From Terriglobia bacterium (GTDB lineage: Bacteria; Acidobacteriota; Terriglobia; Bryobacterales; UBA6623): a stretch of DNA of 64,000 bases. The number at the start of each line of letters is the position of its first letter. Positions within the stretch are counted from its first letter, which is position 1. This document shows, piece by piece, positions 28,687 through 38,440 of this stretch. The notes under the pieces were generated by a model that saw nothing but the letters and a program-made list of their open reading frames with translations, searched no databases and had not been told where the DNA came from. The stretch is taken from contig VXMF01000021.1 in NCBI GenBank assembly GCA_009841225.1, forward strand, positions 90,583 through 154,582. The letters run 5' to 3'. The position numbers were made by a program, and so were the translations under genes.

Positions 28687-30387
28687 CTATGCCAACTCGC
28701 CCCTGCGAGCAGCTTCCAGCAGGTGATCGCAGGCACGGGCCGTGTTCGCCATCATGGTCAGGGTCGGATTGACCGAACCCAGGCTTGGGAAGGCCGCGCC
28801 ATCGGTCACGAAGAGGTTCTTGACATCGTGCGCCTGACAGTATTCGTTGAGCACAGACGTGTGTCGGTCCCGCCCCATGCGGGCAGTGCCAACCTCGTGG
28901 ATGCCGTCCCCGGGTGTCTTGGGCCGATCGGACGTCTTGATCTCGACAGCTCCAGCGGCTTCCAGCATTGCCGCGCCTTGCTCGAGGCTGTCGCGGAAGA
29001 GCGCCCGCTCGTTGTCGCCCCACTCCATGTGGATTCTCAACACCGGGATGCCCCACGCATCGACCACGTCGGGATCTAGTTCGACAAAATTGTTGTAACT
29101 CGCCAACCCCTCGCTGAGCGCGTGCAGGCTGGCCTGCCAGTAAGCGTCTTCATGCACCGACCGCTTGAACGCCTCGCCAAATCCCGCGGCAGCCGTTGCA
29201 AAGCGCGGACCCGCTCCACCCTGGTAGCTGAAGCCCCGGATCACGCCGTTGGTGTGCGTCTTCGTCACGTTGCGGAACCGCGGGACGAAGATCCCGTTTG
29301 GCCTCCGTGGCGGGCCGTGCCACGGCTTGGCCCTGCCCAGCCGCGGCAAGCGGCCGGTGATCGTCGCACCGTACATGTGGTCCATCAGGTAGTGCCCCAG
29401 CGTGCCGCTGGAATTGGCCAGCCCTCCGGGCGCAGAGTTGAGCAAGATGCGAGTGGATTCGAGAGTGGACGCGCACAGCAGGACCACTCTGGCGCGGATC
29501 TCGCGTACGCGCCGACGGGCCCGTTCGACATACGACACGCCAGAGGCCAGGCCCGTGGCGCGGTCCATCGTCACGTGTGACACAACGGCGTCGGTAAGAA
29601 GCGTTAGCCGCCCGGTCCGCTTGGCGGCCGTCAGGGTAGTGAAGGGACTCGAGAAATACGAATACGTCACGCAACCGCGGTTGCACGGACCGCAGTAGTG
29701 GCAAGCCTCGCGCCCGTTGTGTCGGGCGGTGAGGACCGCGGAGCGTCCGATCGTGACGGGGCGCCCGAAGCGGCTCTCGACAGCCCGCTTTAAGACGCTC
29801 TCGCCACAAGTGAAGTCCATCGGGGGCAGGAGTTCTTGGTCGGGGAAGTGCGCCAGCCCCTCGTTGCGGCCGCTGACACCGATGAAGCGCTCGACCTTCG
29901 AGTAGTAGGGGGCGAGATCCTTGTACGAGAAGGGCCAGTCGGCACCGACCCCATCACGGCTGGCCGCCTTGAAGTCCAAATCACTGAGTCGGTAGCTCTG
30001 GCGGCCCCACGTCAGAGTCCGTCCTCCCAGAGCCCGCACGCGCACCCAAACGAACGGCTTGCCCGCGGGCGTGGTGAATGGATTCTCGATGTCGTTGGCG
30101 AACCACTTGTAATTGACTTCCGAGCATGCCCCTTGCTGCGCATGCATCGGCCGCAGGCGCGCAACTTCGGGCGAAGTGACGCCATTCGGACGCGTGTCGC
30201 GATACTTCATCGCGTACGGCGGGACGTGCTCGGCGAACTGGTCGGGCGTGGTCTCGGCGCCGGCCTCCAGCAGCGCGACTGACAGACCGGCCTCGGTCAA
30301 TTCCTTGGCCGCCCAGCCGCCTGTCGCGCCCGAGCCGACGATCAGCGCGTCAAAGATCTCCTGGCCGCCGTCCGCAAGCTGTGGCAT
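28687..30387 (-). CDS. GMC family oxidoreductase (FAD), gluconate/lactose 3-dehydrogenase-like large subunit
   Basis: IVGSGATGG FAD motif, ALGGRTLTWG, CHYCGPCNRGC Fe-S motif, HEVGTARMG, NPTLTMMA. Start placed at MPQLA. Confidence 0.9.
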   Translation of the reverse strand: MPQLADGGQEIFDALIVGSGATGGWAAKELTEAGLSVALLEAGAETTPDQFAEHVPPYAMKYRDTRPNGVTSPEVARLRPMHAQQGACSEVNYKWFANDIENPFTTPAGKPFVWVRVRALGGRTLTWGRQSYRLSDLDFKAASRDGVGADWPFSYKDLAPYYSKVERFIGVSGRNEGLAHFPDQELLPPMDFTCGESVLKRAVESRFGRPVTIGRSAVLTARHNGREACHYCGPCNRGCVTYSYFSSPFTTLTAAKRTGRLTLLTDAVVSHVTMDRATGLASGVSYVERARRRVREIRARVVLLCASTLESTRILLNSAPGGLANSSGTLGHYLMDHMYGATITGRLPRLGRAKPWHGPPRRPNGIFVPRFRNVTKTHTNGVIRGFSYQGGAGPRFATAAAGFGEAFKRSVHEDAYWQASLHALSEGLASYNNFVELDPDVVDAWGIPVLRIHMEWGDNERALFRDSLEQGAAMLEAAGAVEIKTSDRPKTPGDGIHEVGTARMGRDRHTSVLNEYCQAHDVKNLFVTDGAAFPSLGSVNPTLTMMANTARACDHLLEAARRGELA

Positions 30388-30712
30388 GCACGATTCCCGC
30401 GTGCAGAAAGCAGCGTCGCACTGGCGCTTCGGAACACACGAGGCCACTAGCGCAGGCGGCGAGGCTCAGCGATTCTGCAGTCGCGGAATCACAATCTTAC
30501 AGCGCTTTGCCAAGGTCCGTTCGAGTCCAAGATCTCCCGGATCGCGCTCTCGGCCAAACTCAGTGCCGGCCTGCGGGTATTGGCCAAGCCGGGCCCGAGA
30601 CGGTCCGGGCACGATCCTCGGATCGGCGGCGAGCTGGTTTGGTTCACGCAACAGCTCGTCCTTGCCGCGATTCGTTCGACAGAGGCACCAAGGTCGGTTA
30701 CTCTGGAGCCGT

Positions 30713-31195
30713 ATGGCCCGCATCGCGACGCTGTTGATCCTTGGTGCCCTGGCGCTGCCGGGCCAAGCCGACCGCAACAGGCTCGGCTTGCCCAACCCGC
30801 CCAAGACTGACATCCCCTACTTGATCCACGGCAGCGACATCCGCGAGCTTGAGCAGGTCGATGCGACGGAGGAGACCACGAAGAACCAGCTCCGCTACTG
30901 GATCGCCGGCCCGGCGGCCGCGATCCGCACGCCGCTCGCGGCGCCGGAGTTCTTGTTCGATTCGCAGCAGATCGATCCCCGCGACCTGAGCCTGTTTGGA
31001 TTCGAGGTCAAGAACGGCCGCCGCGAACTCCTCTTCCGCAAGAAGAAAAAGGTCGTGGCCGAGCCCTACTTTCTGAACCTAGAGGGCGTGGCGGGTCGCG
31101 TGATTCGGATTCGGATTAACGCTAGCCTGGCCCCGGGTGAGTACGGCATCACACCCGATGGCCAGAATATTGTCTTCACATTCTCGGTTTTCTGA
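30713..31195 (+). CDS. Secreted hypothetical protein
   Basis: Signal peptide MARIATLLILGALALPGQA at the 3' end of ORF 30113..31195; compact beta-rich domain with typical codon usage. Confidence 0.7.
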   Translation: MARIATLLILGALALPGQADRNRLGLPNPPKTDIPYLIHGSDIRELEQVDATEETTKNQLRYWIAGPAAAIRTPLAAPEFLFDSQQIDPRDLSLFGFEVKNGRRELLFRKKKKVVAEPYFLNLEGVAGRVIRIRINASLAPGEYGITPDGQNIVFTFSVF

Positions 31196-31230
31196 GTCCA
31201 TTGCCCTCTTCTAATGGGCAACACCAGCCA

Positions 31231-32091
31231 CTAGCCTTGGAGCTGGTCAATCTCGTCTTTCAAGTAGGCAATCGACTCCCTGACTATCCTCTCCGCACCG
31301 GGCGAGAAGTCGAACACTTCCATGGAAACCCAACCTGCGAAGTTGCGATCCGCGGCCACTTGCAGCACGGGCTTGAAGTCGTAGCCGCCCCCCTTGCGCG
31401 GATAGCTGCCATCCAATTCGTTGACGTGGATGTGGCGGATCTTCGACCAGTGCTTTGACACCAGCTCGTCGTGAGGCTGGTCCTCCTCGATCGCATTGTG
31501 CGAATCGAACATGGTCTGGACCATGGGGCTGCCGATCTCATCGACGATCTCCGCCGCGCGATCCAGCGAGATGATGACGTCGCACTGGTCAGTCGGCAGC
31601 GCCTCGACGCAGAGCGTCACTCCAGCTGCCTCAAGATCCGGCACGATCATGCGCACGCCCTCGATGAAATTGGCTTCCGCCTGCGCTCGTGTCAGCCCGC
31701 CTGTGGTCTTTCGCTGCACTGGCGAGCCAAACACCATGACGCCCCCTGTAGCGCCCAAGGGGCGCAGGTCGGCGCACAGCTCGACCAGCCCGCGCACGTA
31801 TTCCCAGCTCCGTTGTCGCACGGCCTCGTCCGGCGTAGTAACGTGCAGCCCCTCCGGACCGACCGTAAGCCAGTGCAAGCCGACGAAGCCGAGCCCTTCC
31901 GAGACGATAATGTCGCGAATCTCGCGCCGCCGCTCGGCGGGCAGGTTCGTCGCGTACTGCATCAGCGTGAACGGGGCAATCTCAATACCCGTCCATCCCG
32001 CGCTGCGCATCGAACGGCACGAGTCCGCAAAGTCGGACTCGCCGTAGAGTTCGTTGCAGACCGAGAGTTTGAGGTTCTTGGCAGTCTCCAC
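31231..32091 (-). CDS. Sugar phosphate isomerase/epimerase (D-psicose/tagatose 3-epimerase-like TIM barrel)
   Basis: GIEIAPF, CVEAL, MFDSHN, HIHVNE, WVSMEVF metal-ligand pattern. Confidence 0.88.
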   Translation of the reverse strand: METAKNLKLSVCNELYGESDFADSCRSMRSAGWTGIEIAPFTLMQYATNLPAERRREIRDIIVSEGLGFVGLHWLTVGPEGLHVTTPDEAVRQRSWEYVRGLVELCADLRPLGATGGVMVFGSPVQRKTTGGLTRAQAEANFIEGVRMIVPDLEAAGVTLCVEALPTDQCDVIISLDRAAEIVDEIGSPMVQTMFDSHNAIEEDQPHDELVSKHWSKIRHIHVNELDGSYPRKGGGYDFKPVLQVAADRNFAGWVSMEVFDFSPGAERIVRESIAYLKDEIDQLQG

Positions 32092-32263
32092 CTGTCCACT
32101 CTACAGCAGGGCCTCCGGAAAGGTCACGGCGGCGGTTCCAGCCACCCTGCTGGAATCGGTCTACGGCCGTTGCGCCTAGCTCAGTGCTAGAGTCCTGCCC
32201 GGTCGGGCTGCGTTAGGGAACGGGAGTGCAACCGATGCCAAGCGTTGCCGACGGGTCCGCAGG

Positions 32264-35200
32264 CTACTTGCGGCGCGACCACGCCTCAATGTTCCAAAGA
32301 TCCGACTCCCAGCCGTTCACCTGGAATCCCTCGATGTCGTTGCCATGAGCAGCCACCGCCCCGCGGTGGATCAGTGGAATGGTCGAGTAGCTCTGCACGA
32401 GCAAGTCGTTGAGGGCAATCGTGATCTGGTGCCGCTTTTGCTGGTCGAACGTGTTTCTCAACTCGCCATAAAGCTGATCGAATTCATCGGAGCTAAAGCG
32501 CTCCGTGTTGCTGCCGTGGAACGAGTTGGCCGCTCGCGCAATTTCGGCCGAGGTCCACGATACGAAATAGCCTTCCGCATCCGCGCTAGTGCCCCCGGTC
32601 GTGTACATCTGGACGTCTGAATAGAACCTCCCGGCTGTGTCCGGACTGTTGGTGTCGCCGCCGAAGAAAACGGACGGGTTGATCTGCTTCAGCTCGGTCT
32701 CCACGCCTATTTCCGCCCACCATTCCTTGATGTGCTCTTGAGTGGCTTGGCGGACGGAGTTCGTCGAGGTCTGGAACAGGACCTTGAGCGGGACTCCGTC
32801 GCGTTCCCTTATGCCATCGCCATCCGAGTCCACGATCCCGGCATCATCGAGAGTCACCTTCGCCAATTCGATGTTCTGCACCAGGCATTCGTCGTTATTG
32901 CTCGATGCCTGGCCCGCTACTGGCCAGATGTTACACGAAGGGCGGCCCGCAAGGTCGCCGTAGCCGATCCGCACGAGCGTGCTGCGGTCAATCGCCAGCG
33001 AAAGGGCCCGGCCGACGACCGGGTCGGTCAGGAAGGGGTGGGGGTTGGCACCATCAGCGTATTCGGACCGGAGGCTGCCCAAGCTCGCATCCGGATTGGT
33101 TTGGTTCAGCAGCAGGCGCTCGACGTTCGAGGCGAATCCCGATACGACTACCCCGCTCCCCCCGGCCGCGATCGTGGCCAGGGTGTCGGGATCGACTTGG
33201 AGGTTCGAAGCGTAGTCGGCCTCGTCCAGCTCGAGGACAGACCTAGCCGCTTGAATCGCATCGCCTCCCCCCTGCAGGACGATTTCCCTGAAATACGGCT
33301 GGCCTGCTCCGGCGCCACGATACCGCGGATTGAACTCGTAGCGCACGGAGCCCCCCTCGCGGAAGTCTGCCGCGATGTACGGACCGGTGCCAAGCGGAAC
33401 TCGATTCGCATCGGCGCAGGCTGCACCAGCATCCAAGCAGTCGGCGAACTGAGACGCTTGGAGAATCGGGCTCCCCATGGACACGAACGGCGAAAAGGGG
33501 AACGCGACCGGGCCGTCGAACCTGACGGCCACGGTTCGCTCGTCAACCGCCTCAACCGACATAACGCGATCGAAGCGCGAGGTGCGCGCACAGGGCACGC
33601 CGCTTGCAGTGCAGAACCGCCAGGTAGAGACCACGTCGTGCGCCGTCAGCGGCGTTCCGTCCGACCAAACCGCATCCTCGCGGAGAGTCCACGTAACGCT
33701 CGTGCGATCCCCCGGGATCCCGCCGTTGGCGATCGAGGGAATTCGTGCCGCTAACGCGGGAACCAATACTCCGTCCGGACCATACTCGGCCAGCGGCTCG
33801 ACCACCAGCGACGCGGCCTCGGCATCCTTCGTCCCCCTAGAAAGGTACGGGTTGAGAGTGGTTGGCGCCTGCCAGTGGGCCAGGGTCGCCGAGTCGCCTT
33901 GCCCCGCTTTCTGCATGCCGCCGCCGGGCGCGCCTGTTCCTTCGCCTGTTCCGGTTCCTCCTGGCGGTGGCATCGTGGCCATGCGATGGTCCGGATAGTA
34001 TCCGGCGCCCACCAGGATCGGCAGCCCCTGTGCCATGACCCGCCTGATGAAGGTCACCTTGCGTTCCGGCATGTTCGTGGAGGGGTTTCGGGCCGTGTAG
34101 TGCAGCAAGGCTTCGTGGAACGCGTCGCCCACGGCCACCCTGTCCTGGCCGCCGGCAGGGCTCAGCTCGGATGCGCGCATGCCGGAGCGGCTGCCGCCGC
34201 GATCGCCCGAAAACAGCGTGTTGCCGTGCATGTCGACGCCGAACACGTAGATCGAACCGCTCTTCCAGCGCGGATCGGATGCCAGCGTGGCCCCGGCGAA
34301 GTACCCCTGGGATTCGACTTCGAACGCCGCGCACCGCACGAATTCCCGCAGTCCCTGCTCGGTCGGATCAGCCTCCAGCGCTGCCGCGTTGACTTCTCCC
34401 TCCCCGTCAGGGCACGTGCCAGGCAGGTCGTGCAGGTAGATTCCGGCCCCGACCGCGGCGCGCTGCCCGTTCCAGTCCACCTCTACGACGTACGAGCTCT
34501 TCGGCTCTGACCTTCCCGCCTTGAAGTTGGTGAAGGCGTAGTGCAGCCATCCCTCGTCCGCGTCTTGCAACACACGGTGCAGCTCGTAGTAGTAGTCAGT
34601 CCCGAAGTTATCCACGAGCTCCCGCGAGGCTCCTTCCCGGAAAGGCTCTGGGGGGAACACCGCGGTGCCCGAGATGAAGCGCTCGGGGGTCGGCGCAAGG
34701 AAGTTCACAAAGACGTAGTAGAGGTCGTCGTCGTGACGCCAGCGCTCGTCGTCGTGAAAGGCCCGGTATGCCTCCTCCTCGCCGTGCAGCCCAATGTACT
34801 CGGCAGCGCACCTTACGAACGCTTGGATGTCCCGCCGCGTGCGGATCCCGCGAGCCGTGACGCGATTGTCGTCACAGGAGGGTTCCGAGGCCGCCAGTCC
34901 GGAGCCGAGCTCGTAGCCAGCGCCCAAGATGAGGGGCACGCCGTGCGAGACTACGCGCTTGAGCATTCCGAGCTTGGGCTGGATGGCCCCCGTCCTCGGA
35001 TTGCGGCCCCGATAGTAGATCAGGGCCTCGCCAAACGCATCTCCGACAGCGACCATGTCCCGCCCGCTGAACTGGTCCATGGGATCGCTCTTGCCGCCGA
35101 ATTCGTGCAGCGACTTGCCATTGATCCGCACGCCGTGGCCGCTCAGGACTTGGTTTCCCTCCAGGTCCATCGCGAACACGTAGCCGGAGCCGTCGCGCCA

Positions 35201-35878
35201 CCGCGGGCCCGTTTCGAGCTCTTCGCGGGCAAAGTAGCCCTTCTCCTCCAACAGCATTGCCGCGCAGCGCACGAATACCTCAAGCTTTGCCTCGCTGGGA
35301 GCGGCCGCCAAGTCGGCCGCGTTCACTTCTTCGGAGCTGCAGGTGCCGGGCAGGTCGGGCGCGTAGATGCCGGACCCGACCACGGCGCGCTGGCCGTCCC
35401 AGTCCACCTCGACCAAGTACGAACTCTTGGGCTGCTGCGCACCGGTGGACGGATTCCCGCTCCAGTAGTACATCCAGCCGGAATCGGCAAGCCCCAGCAT
35501 GCGAAACGACTCGGAATAGTAGTCGGTCCCAAACGCGTCGATATAGGTGCCCCAGACGTCGCCTTCCCTGGACGGATCGCGCGGATAGACATAGACGAGC
35601 GCTTCGTCTGCGGACGGCGCCACCTGCTCGACAAACAGGTAGATTGGTCCGTGCCTCCAGCGCTCGTCCTCATGGAACGCCCGCCGGGCCTCGGCGGTGC
35701 CGTGCTCTCTCAAGTACTCCGCCGCGCACCGAACGAACGCCTGGACATCAGTCGTCGTGCGGACTGCGCTCGCGCTGATTTGATGCTCCGCGCAACTGGC
35801 CGGCGCGCTTGCGCGTACGGGCAATGCCGCAATCGGCACAAGAACGGCTAGCAGGAGAAACCGGATTGGTCGCGTCAC
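32264..35878 (-). CDS. Secreted fusion: four tandem single-Cache-like domains + family-5 (peptide/nickel) ABC solute-binding protein
   Basis: Signal peptide; four repeats with FVRCAA...RW...Y.F...G..Y...NP.T....K......GxGxY; Gly/Pro linker; then SBP5 motifs PTTLNP, VTWTLREDAVWSDGTPLTAHDV, PLGTGPY, RALSLAIDR, DGDGIRERDG. Confidence 0.85.
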   Translation of the reverse strand: MTRPIRFLLLAVLVPIAALPVRASAPASCAEHQISASAVRTTTDVQAFVRCAAEYLREHGTAEARRAFHEDERWRHGPIYLFVEQVAPSADEALVYVYPRDPSREGDVWGTYIDAFGTDYYSESFRMLGLADSGWMYYWSGNPSTGAQQPKSSYLVEVDWDGQRAVVGSGIYAPDLPGTCSSEEVNAADLAAAPSEAKLEVFVRCAAMLLEEKGYFAREELETGPRWRDGSGYVFAMDLEGNQVLSGHGVRINGKSLHEFGGKSDPMDQFSGRDMVAVGDAFGEALIYYRGRNPRTGAIQPKLGMLKRVVSHGVPLILGAGYELGSGLAASEPSCDDNRVTARGIRTRRDIQAFVRCAAEYIGLHGEEEAYRAFHDDERWRHDDDLYYVFVNFLAPTPERFISGTAVFPPEPFREGASRELVDNFGTDYYYELHRVLQDADEGWLHYAFTNFKAGRSEPKSSYVVEVDWNGQRAAVGAGIYLHDLPGTCPDGEGEVNAAALEADPTEQGLREFVRCAAFEVESQGYFAGATLASDPRWKSGSIYVFGVDMHGNTLFSGDRGGSRSGMRASELSPAGGQDRVAVGDAFHEALLHYTARNPSTNMPERKVTFIRRVMAQGLPILVGAGYYPDHRMATMPPPGGTGTGEGTGAPGGGMQKAGQGDSATLAHWQAPTTLNPYLSRGTKDAEAASLVVEPLAEYGPDGVLVPALAARIPSIANGGIPGDRTSVTWTLREDAVWSDGTPLTAHDVVSTWRFCTASGVPCARTSRFDRVMSVEAVDERTVAVRFDGPVAFPFSPFVSMGSPILQASQFADCLDAGAACADANRVPLGTGPYIAADFREGGSVRYEFNPRYRGAGAGQPYFREIVLQGGGDAIQAARSVLELDEADYASNLQVDPDTLATIAAGGSGVVVSGFASNVERLLLNQTNPDASLGSLRSEYADGANPHPFLTDPVVGRALSLAIDRSTLVRIGYGDLAGRPSCNIWPVAGQASSNNDECLVQNIELAKVTLDDAGIVDSDGDGIRERDGVPLKVLFQTSTNSVRQATQEHIKEWWAEIGVETELKQINPSVFFGGDTNSPDTAGRFYSDVQMYTTGGTSADAEGYFVSWTSAEIARAANSFHGSNTERFSSDEFDQLYGELRNTFDQQKRHQITIALNDLLVQSYSTIPLIHRGAVAAHGNDIEGFQVNGWESDLWNIEAWSRRK

Positions 35879-36066
35879 CCTATGAGGTTATGAAACGCTG
35901 GTTTGGAGAGTCAATCTTGCGCCCCGTCGGGCGTCGGGGCCCTTGTGAGGCGGAAGTCACTCCGGCGAGAACACTTGGCCGCTTGCGGCGTCTGTGATCG
36001 CCGACGATTCGTACGGCCGAGGCCGTCAGCAGCCACTATGTAACAATGGCTGTTCGAGGAGACTGA

Positions 36067-36951
36067 ATGCAATCCGATTTCACACGCAGGAAGTTCGCGC
36101 GCCTTGCTGTCGGCGCGGGAGCCGGCCTTGCCGGAGCTCCTGTGTTCACCGCCCACGACAGAATCACCGCCAAGTTCTCCGGGGTGACCGTCGGCGCGCA
36201 GAGCTACAGCTTCCGGGATCGACCCCTGGACGAAGCGATCGCAGCGATGAAGCAAATCCGCATCGGCTCTTGCGAATTGTGGAGCGGCCACACGGAGCCG
36301 CTGCGCGAACTCCGCAGGGATCGCGAGAAGCTGCGGGCATTCCGCCTTGAGACACCGCTGAGGCACTACGAGGAAATCGGCGAGAGCTTCCACGCGGCCG
36401 GGATCGAACTGAACGCGTTCAACTACAGCTTCCGCGACGACTTCACCGACGAAGAGATCGCCCGGGGCTTCGAGATGGCCAAGGCCATGGGCGCCAAGGC
36501 GCTCACCGCATCCGGCACGGTCAGCGTCGCCGGGCGCGTCAACGGCCACGCCCAGCGCTACCGCATGACGGTGGGCATGCACAACCATTCCCGCATCAGG
36601 GAAAACGAGTACGCCACGCCGGACGACTTCGCGGCCGCGTCCAAGGGCAACAGCCACATCGGGGTCAACCTGGACATCGGCCACTTCATCGCCGCCGGCT
36701 TCGACCCGCTCGACTACATCAAGCAGAACCACGCGCAGATCATTGCCCTGCACATCAAGGATCGCAAGCGGGACCAAGGCGAGAACGTGCCTTTCGGAGA
36801 GGGCGACACCCCGATCCGCGAGGTGCTCGCCCTGCTGCGCGACAACAGCTACGACATCCCCGCCAACATCGAGTACGAGTACAAGGGCGGCGACACCGTA
36901 GAGGAAGTCGAGAAGTGCTTCAATTACTGCAAGCGGGCCTTGGCGTCATAA
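36067..36951 (+). CDS. Sugar phosphate isomerase/epimerase, Tat-exported
   Basis: TRRKF twin-arginine leader; GAQSYSFRD, GMHNH, NLDIGHF, LHIKD, ANIEYE. Confidence 0.88.
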   Translation: MQSDFTRRKFARLAVGAGAGLAGAPVFTAHDRITAKFSGVTVGAQSYSFRDRPLDEAIAAMKQIRIGSCELWSGHTEPLRELRRDREKLRAFRLETPLRHYEEIGESFHAAGIELNAFNYSFRDDFTDEEIARGFEMAKAMGAKALTASGTVSVAGRVNGHAQRYRMTVGMHNHSRIRENEYATPDDFAAASKGNSHIGVNLDIGHFIAAGFDPLDYIKQNHAQIIALHIKDRKRDQGENVPFGEGDTPIREVLALLRDNSYDIPANIEYEYKGGDTVEEVEKCFNYCKRALAS

Positions 36952-37037
36952 TCCGATCGGCTACTTCCAGCAGACCGGCGGCAGGGCCGCCATCGTGGAC
37001 CGCACACGCTCGCAAGCACACAAGGTAGTTCCAAGTC

Positions 37038-37769
37038 ATGGACGTCGCGGCTATCCTTCCCGCTGCCGGGCACGGCACGCGCATGGGCAAGGACCTGTCG
37101 AAGCACTACGGCAGCGACCGCAAGCAGTTCATGAAATTGGGCGGCGTCCCAATCTTGGCACTGACGATCCGCAAGTTCCTAGCTGTCCCGAGGATCAAGG
37201 AAATCTTGGTCGCGGTCCCGGAGGGCAGCGAAGCGGACGTGCAAGCGATGCTTGCAGACACTGTCACGGCGTCTCGCGTGCGCGTGCTGGCAGGCGGGCG
37301 CAACCGCCAGGAATCGGTTCGGCACTGCCTCGACGAGGTGTCGGACGGCATCCAGTTCGTGGCGGTCCATGACGGCGTCCGCCCGTTCGTCCCGGTGAGC
37401 CTGATCGAGCAGGCGCTGGACGAAGCCGCGCAGCGAGGCGCTGTGATTCTCGGCATGCCCGCCGAAGAGACTGTCAAGCAAATCAGCCTCAAGGTCGTGC
37501 GGGCCACCTTGCCGCGCGAGCGCATCATGCTGGTGCAGACGCCCCAGGTCTTCGCTGTCGACCTGCTCAAGCGTGCCTTCCTGCAAGCGGCCCAGGATGG
37601 TTTCACGGCCACGGACGAGGCCAGCTTGGTGGAGCACATCAACGAAGATGTGTACGTGCTGCGCGGAAGCGAGCGCAACATCAAGATCACACGACCGCAC
37701 CATCTCTCGATCGCACAGCTCTACTTCGAAGAAGAAAACCGTGAATCCGCCCCCATTCCCCGGTGTTGA
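37038..37769 (+). CDS. ispD: 2-C-methyl-D-erythritol 4-phosphate cytidylyltransferase
   Basis: AILPAAGHGTRMG, KQF, GGRNRQES, VHDGVRP, QTPQVF, TDEAS, NIKIT. Confidence 0.95.
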   Translation: MDVAAILPAAGHGTRMGKDLSKHYGSDRKQFMKLGGVPILALTIRKFLAVPRIKEILVAVPEGSEADVQAMLADTVTASRVRVLAGGRNRQESVRHCLDEVSDGIQFVAVHDGVRPFVPVSLIEQALDEAAQRGAVILGMPAEETVKQISLKVVRATLPRERIMLVQTPQVFAVDLLKRAFLQAAQDGFTATDEASLVEHINEDVYVLRGSERNIKITRPHHLSIAQLYFEEENRESAPIPRC

Positions 37770-38271
37770 GCCGACTGAGACTCGCGTCGGAATCGGATAC
37801 GACTGCCATCGGCTGGCCGCTGGCCGCAAGCTCGTCCTGGGCGGGATCGAGATCGAGTCCGACAAGGGCCTGCTGGGGCATTCGGACGGCGACATACTGC
37901 TCCACGCGATCACCGATGCGATGCTGGGCGCGGCGACTCAAGGCGACATAGGGGAGCTCTTCCCCCCCACAGACCCGCAATGGGAGGGAGCGGACAGCGG
38001 CGTGTTCCTGCGCCATGCGTCAGAACTCTTGACCGGCTATGGATGGAGGGTAGTCAATGTGGACGCGGTGGTCATCATCGAGAGGCCCAAGCTGCTGCCG
38101 CATCGTGATCGCATCCGCCAGAACATCGCTTCCCTGCTGGGAATCGAAGCGTCCGCGGTCGGCCTGAAAGCCAAGACCGGCGAGGGTGTCGGGCCGGTAG
38201 GCAGCGGCGAGCTAGCCGAGGCGCATGCCGTTGTGTTGATCGCGCGCCAAGAGGCTCCAAGGGTCATGTGA
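37741..38271 (+). CDS. ispF: 2-C-methyl-D-erythritol 2,4-cyclodiphosphate synthase
   Basis: RVGIGYDCHRL, GHSDGDILLHAITDA, GDIGELFP, KAKTGE; GTG start overlaps the 3' end of ispD. Confidence 0.95.
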   Translation: MNPPPFPGVEPTETRVGIGYDCHRLAAGRKLVLGGIEIESDKGLLGHSDGDILLHAITDAMLGAATQGDIGELFPPTDPQWEGADSGVFLRHASELLTGYGWRVVNVDAVVIIERPKLLPHRDRIRQNIASLLGIEASAVGLKAKTGEGVGPVGSGELAEAHAVVLIARQEAPRVM

Positions 38272-38440
38272 GCCCCGATCCGCAGAGGTGGGCACTCCTG
38301 CAACGACGGCCCGCTCTGCGAACCGCCAGCGGCCCGCGGCGCGGCTGGTTCCGAGGAAAGAACCCAGATAGCCGCTCGGTTAGGGCCCGCCACCCTCACG
38401 AATTCGAGCTGTGGCCGGCCCAAGCGCCGTATAATCTCAG

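Noticed and set aside
32135-32158. Hairpin TTCCAGC-N6-GCTGGAA as an intrinsic terminator
   Set aside because: No U-tract on either strand, and it lies inside a co-oriented intergenic gap; support is insufficient.
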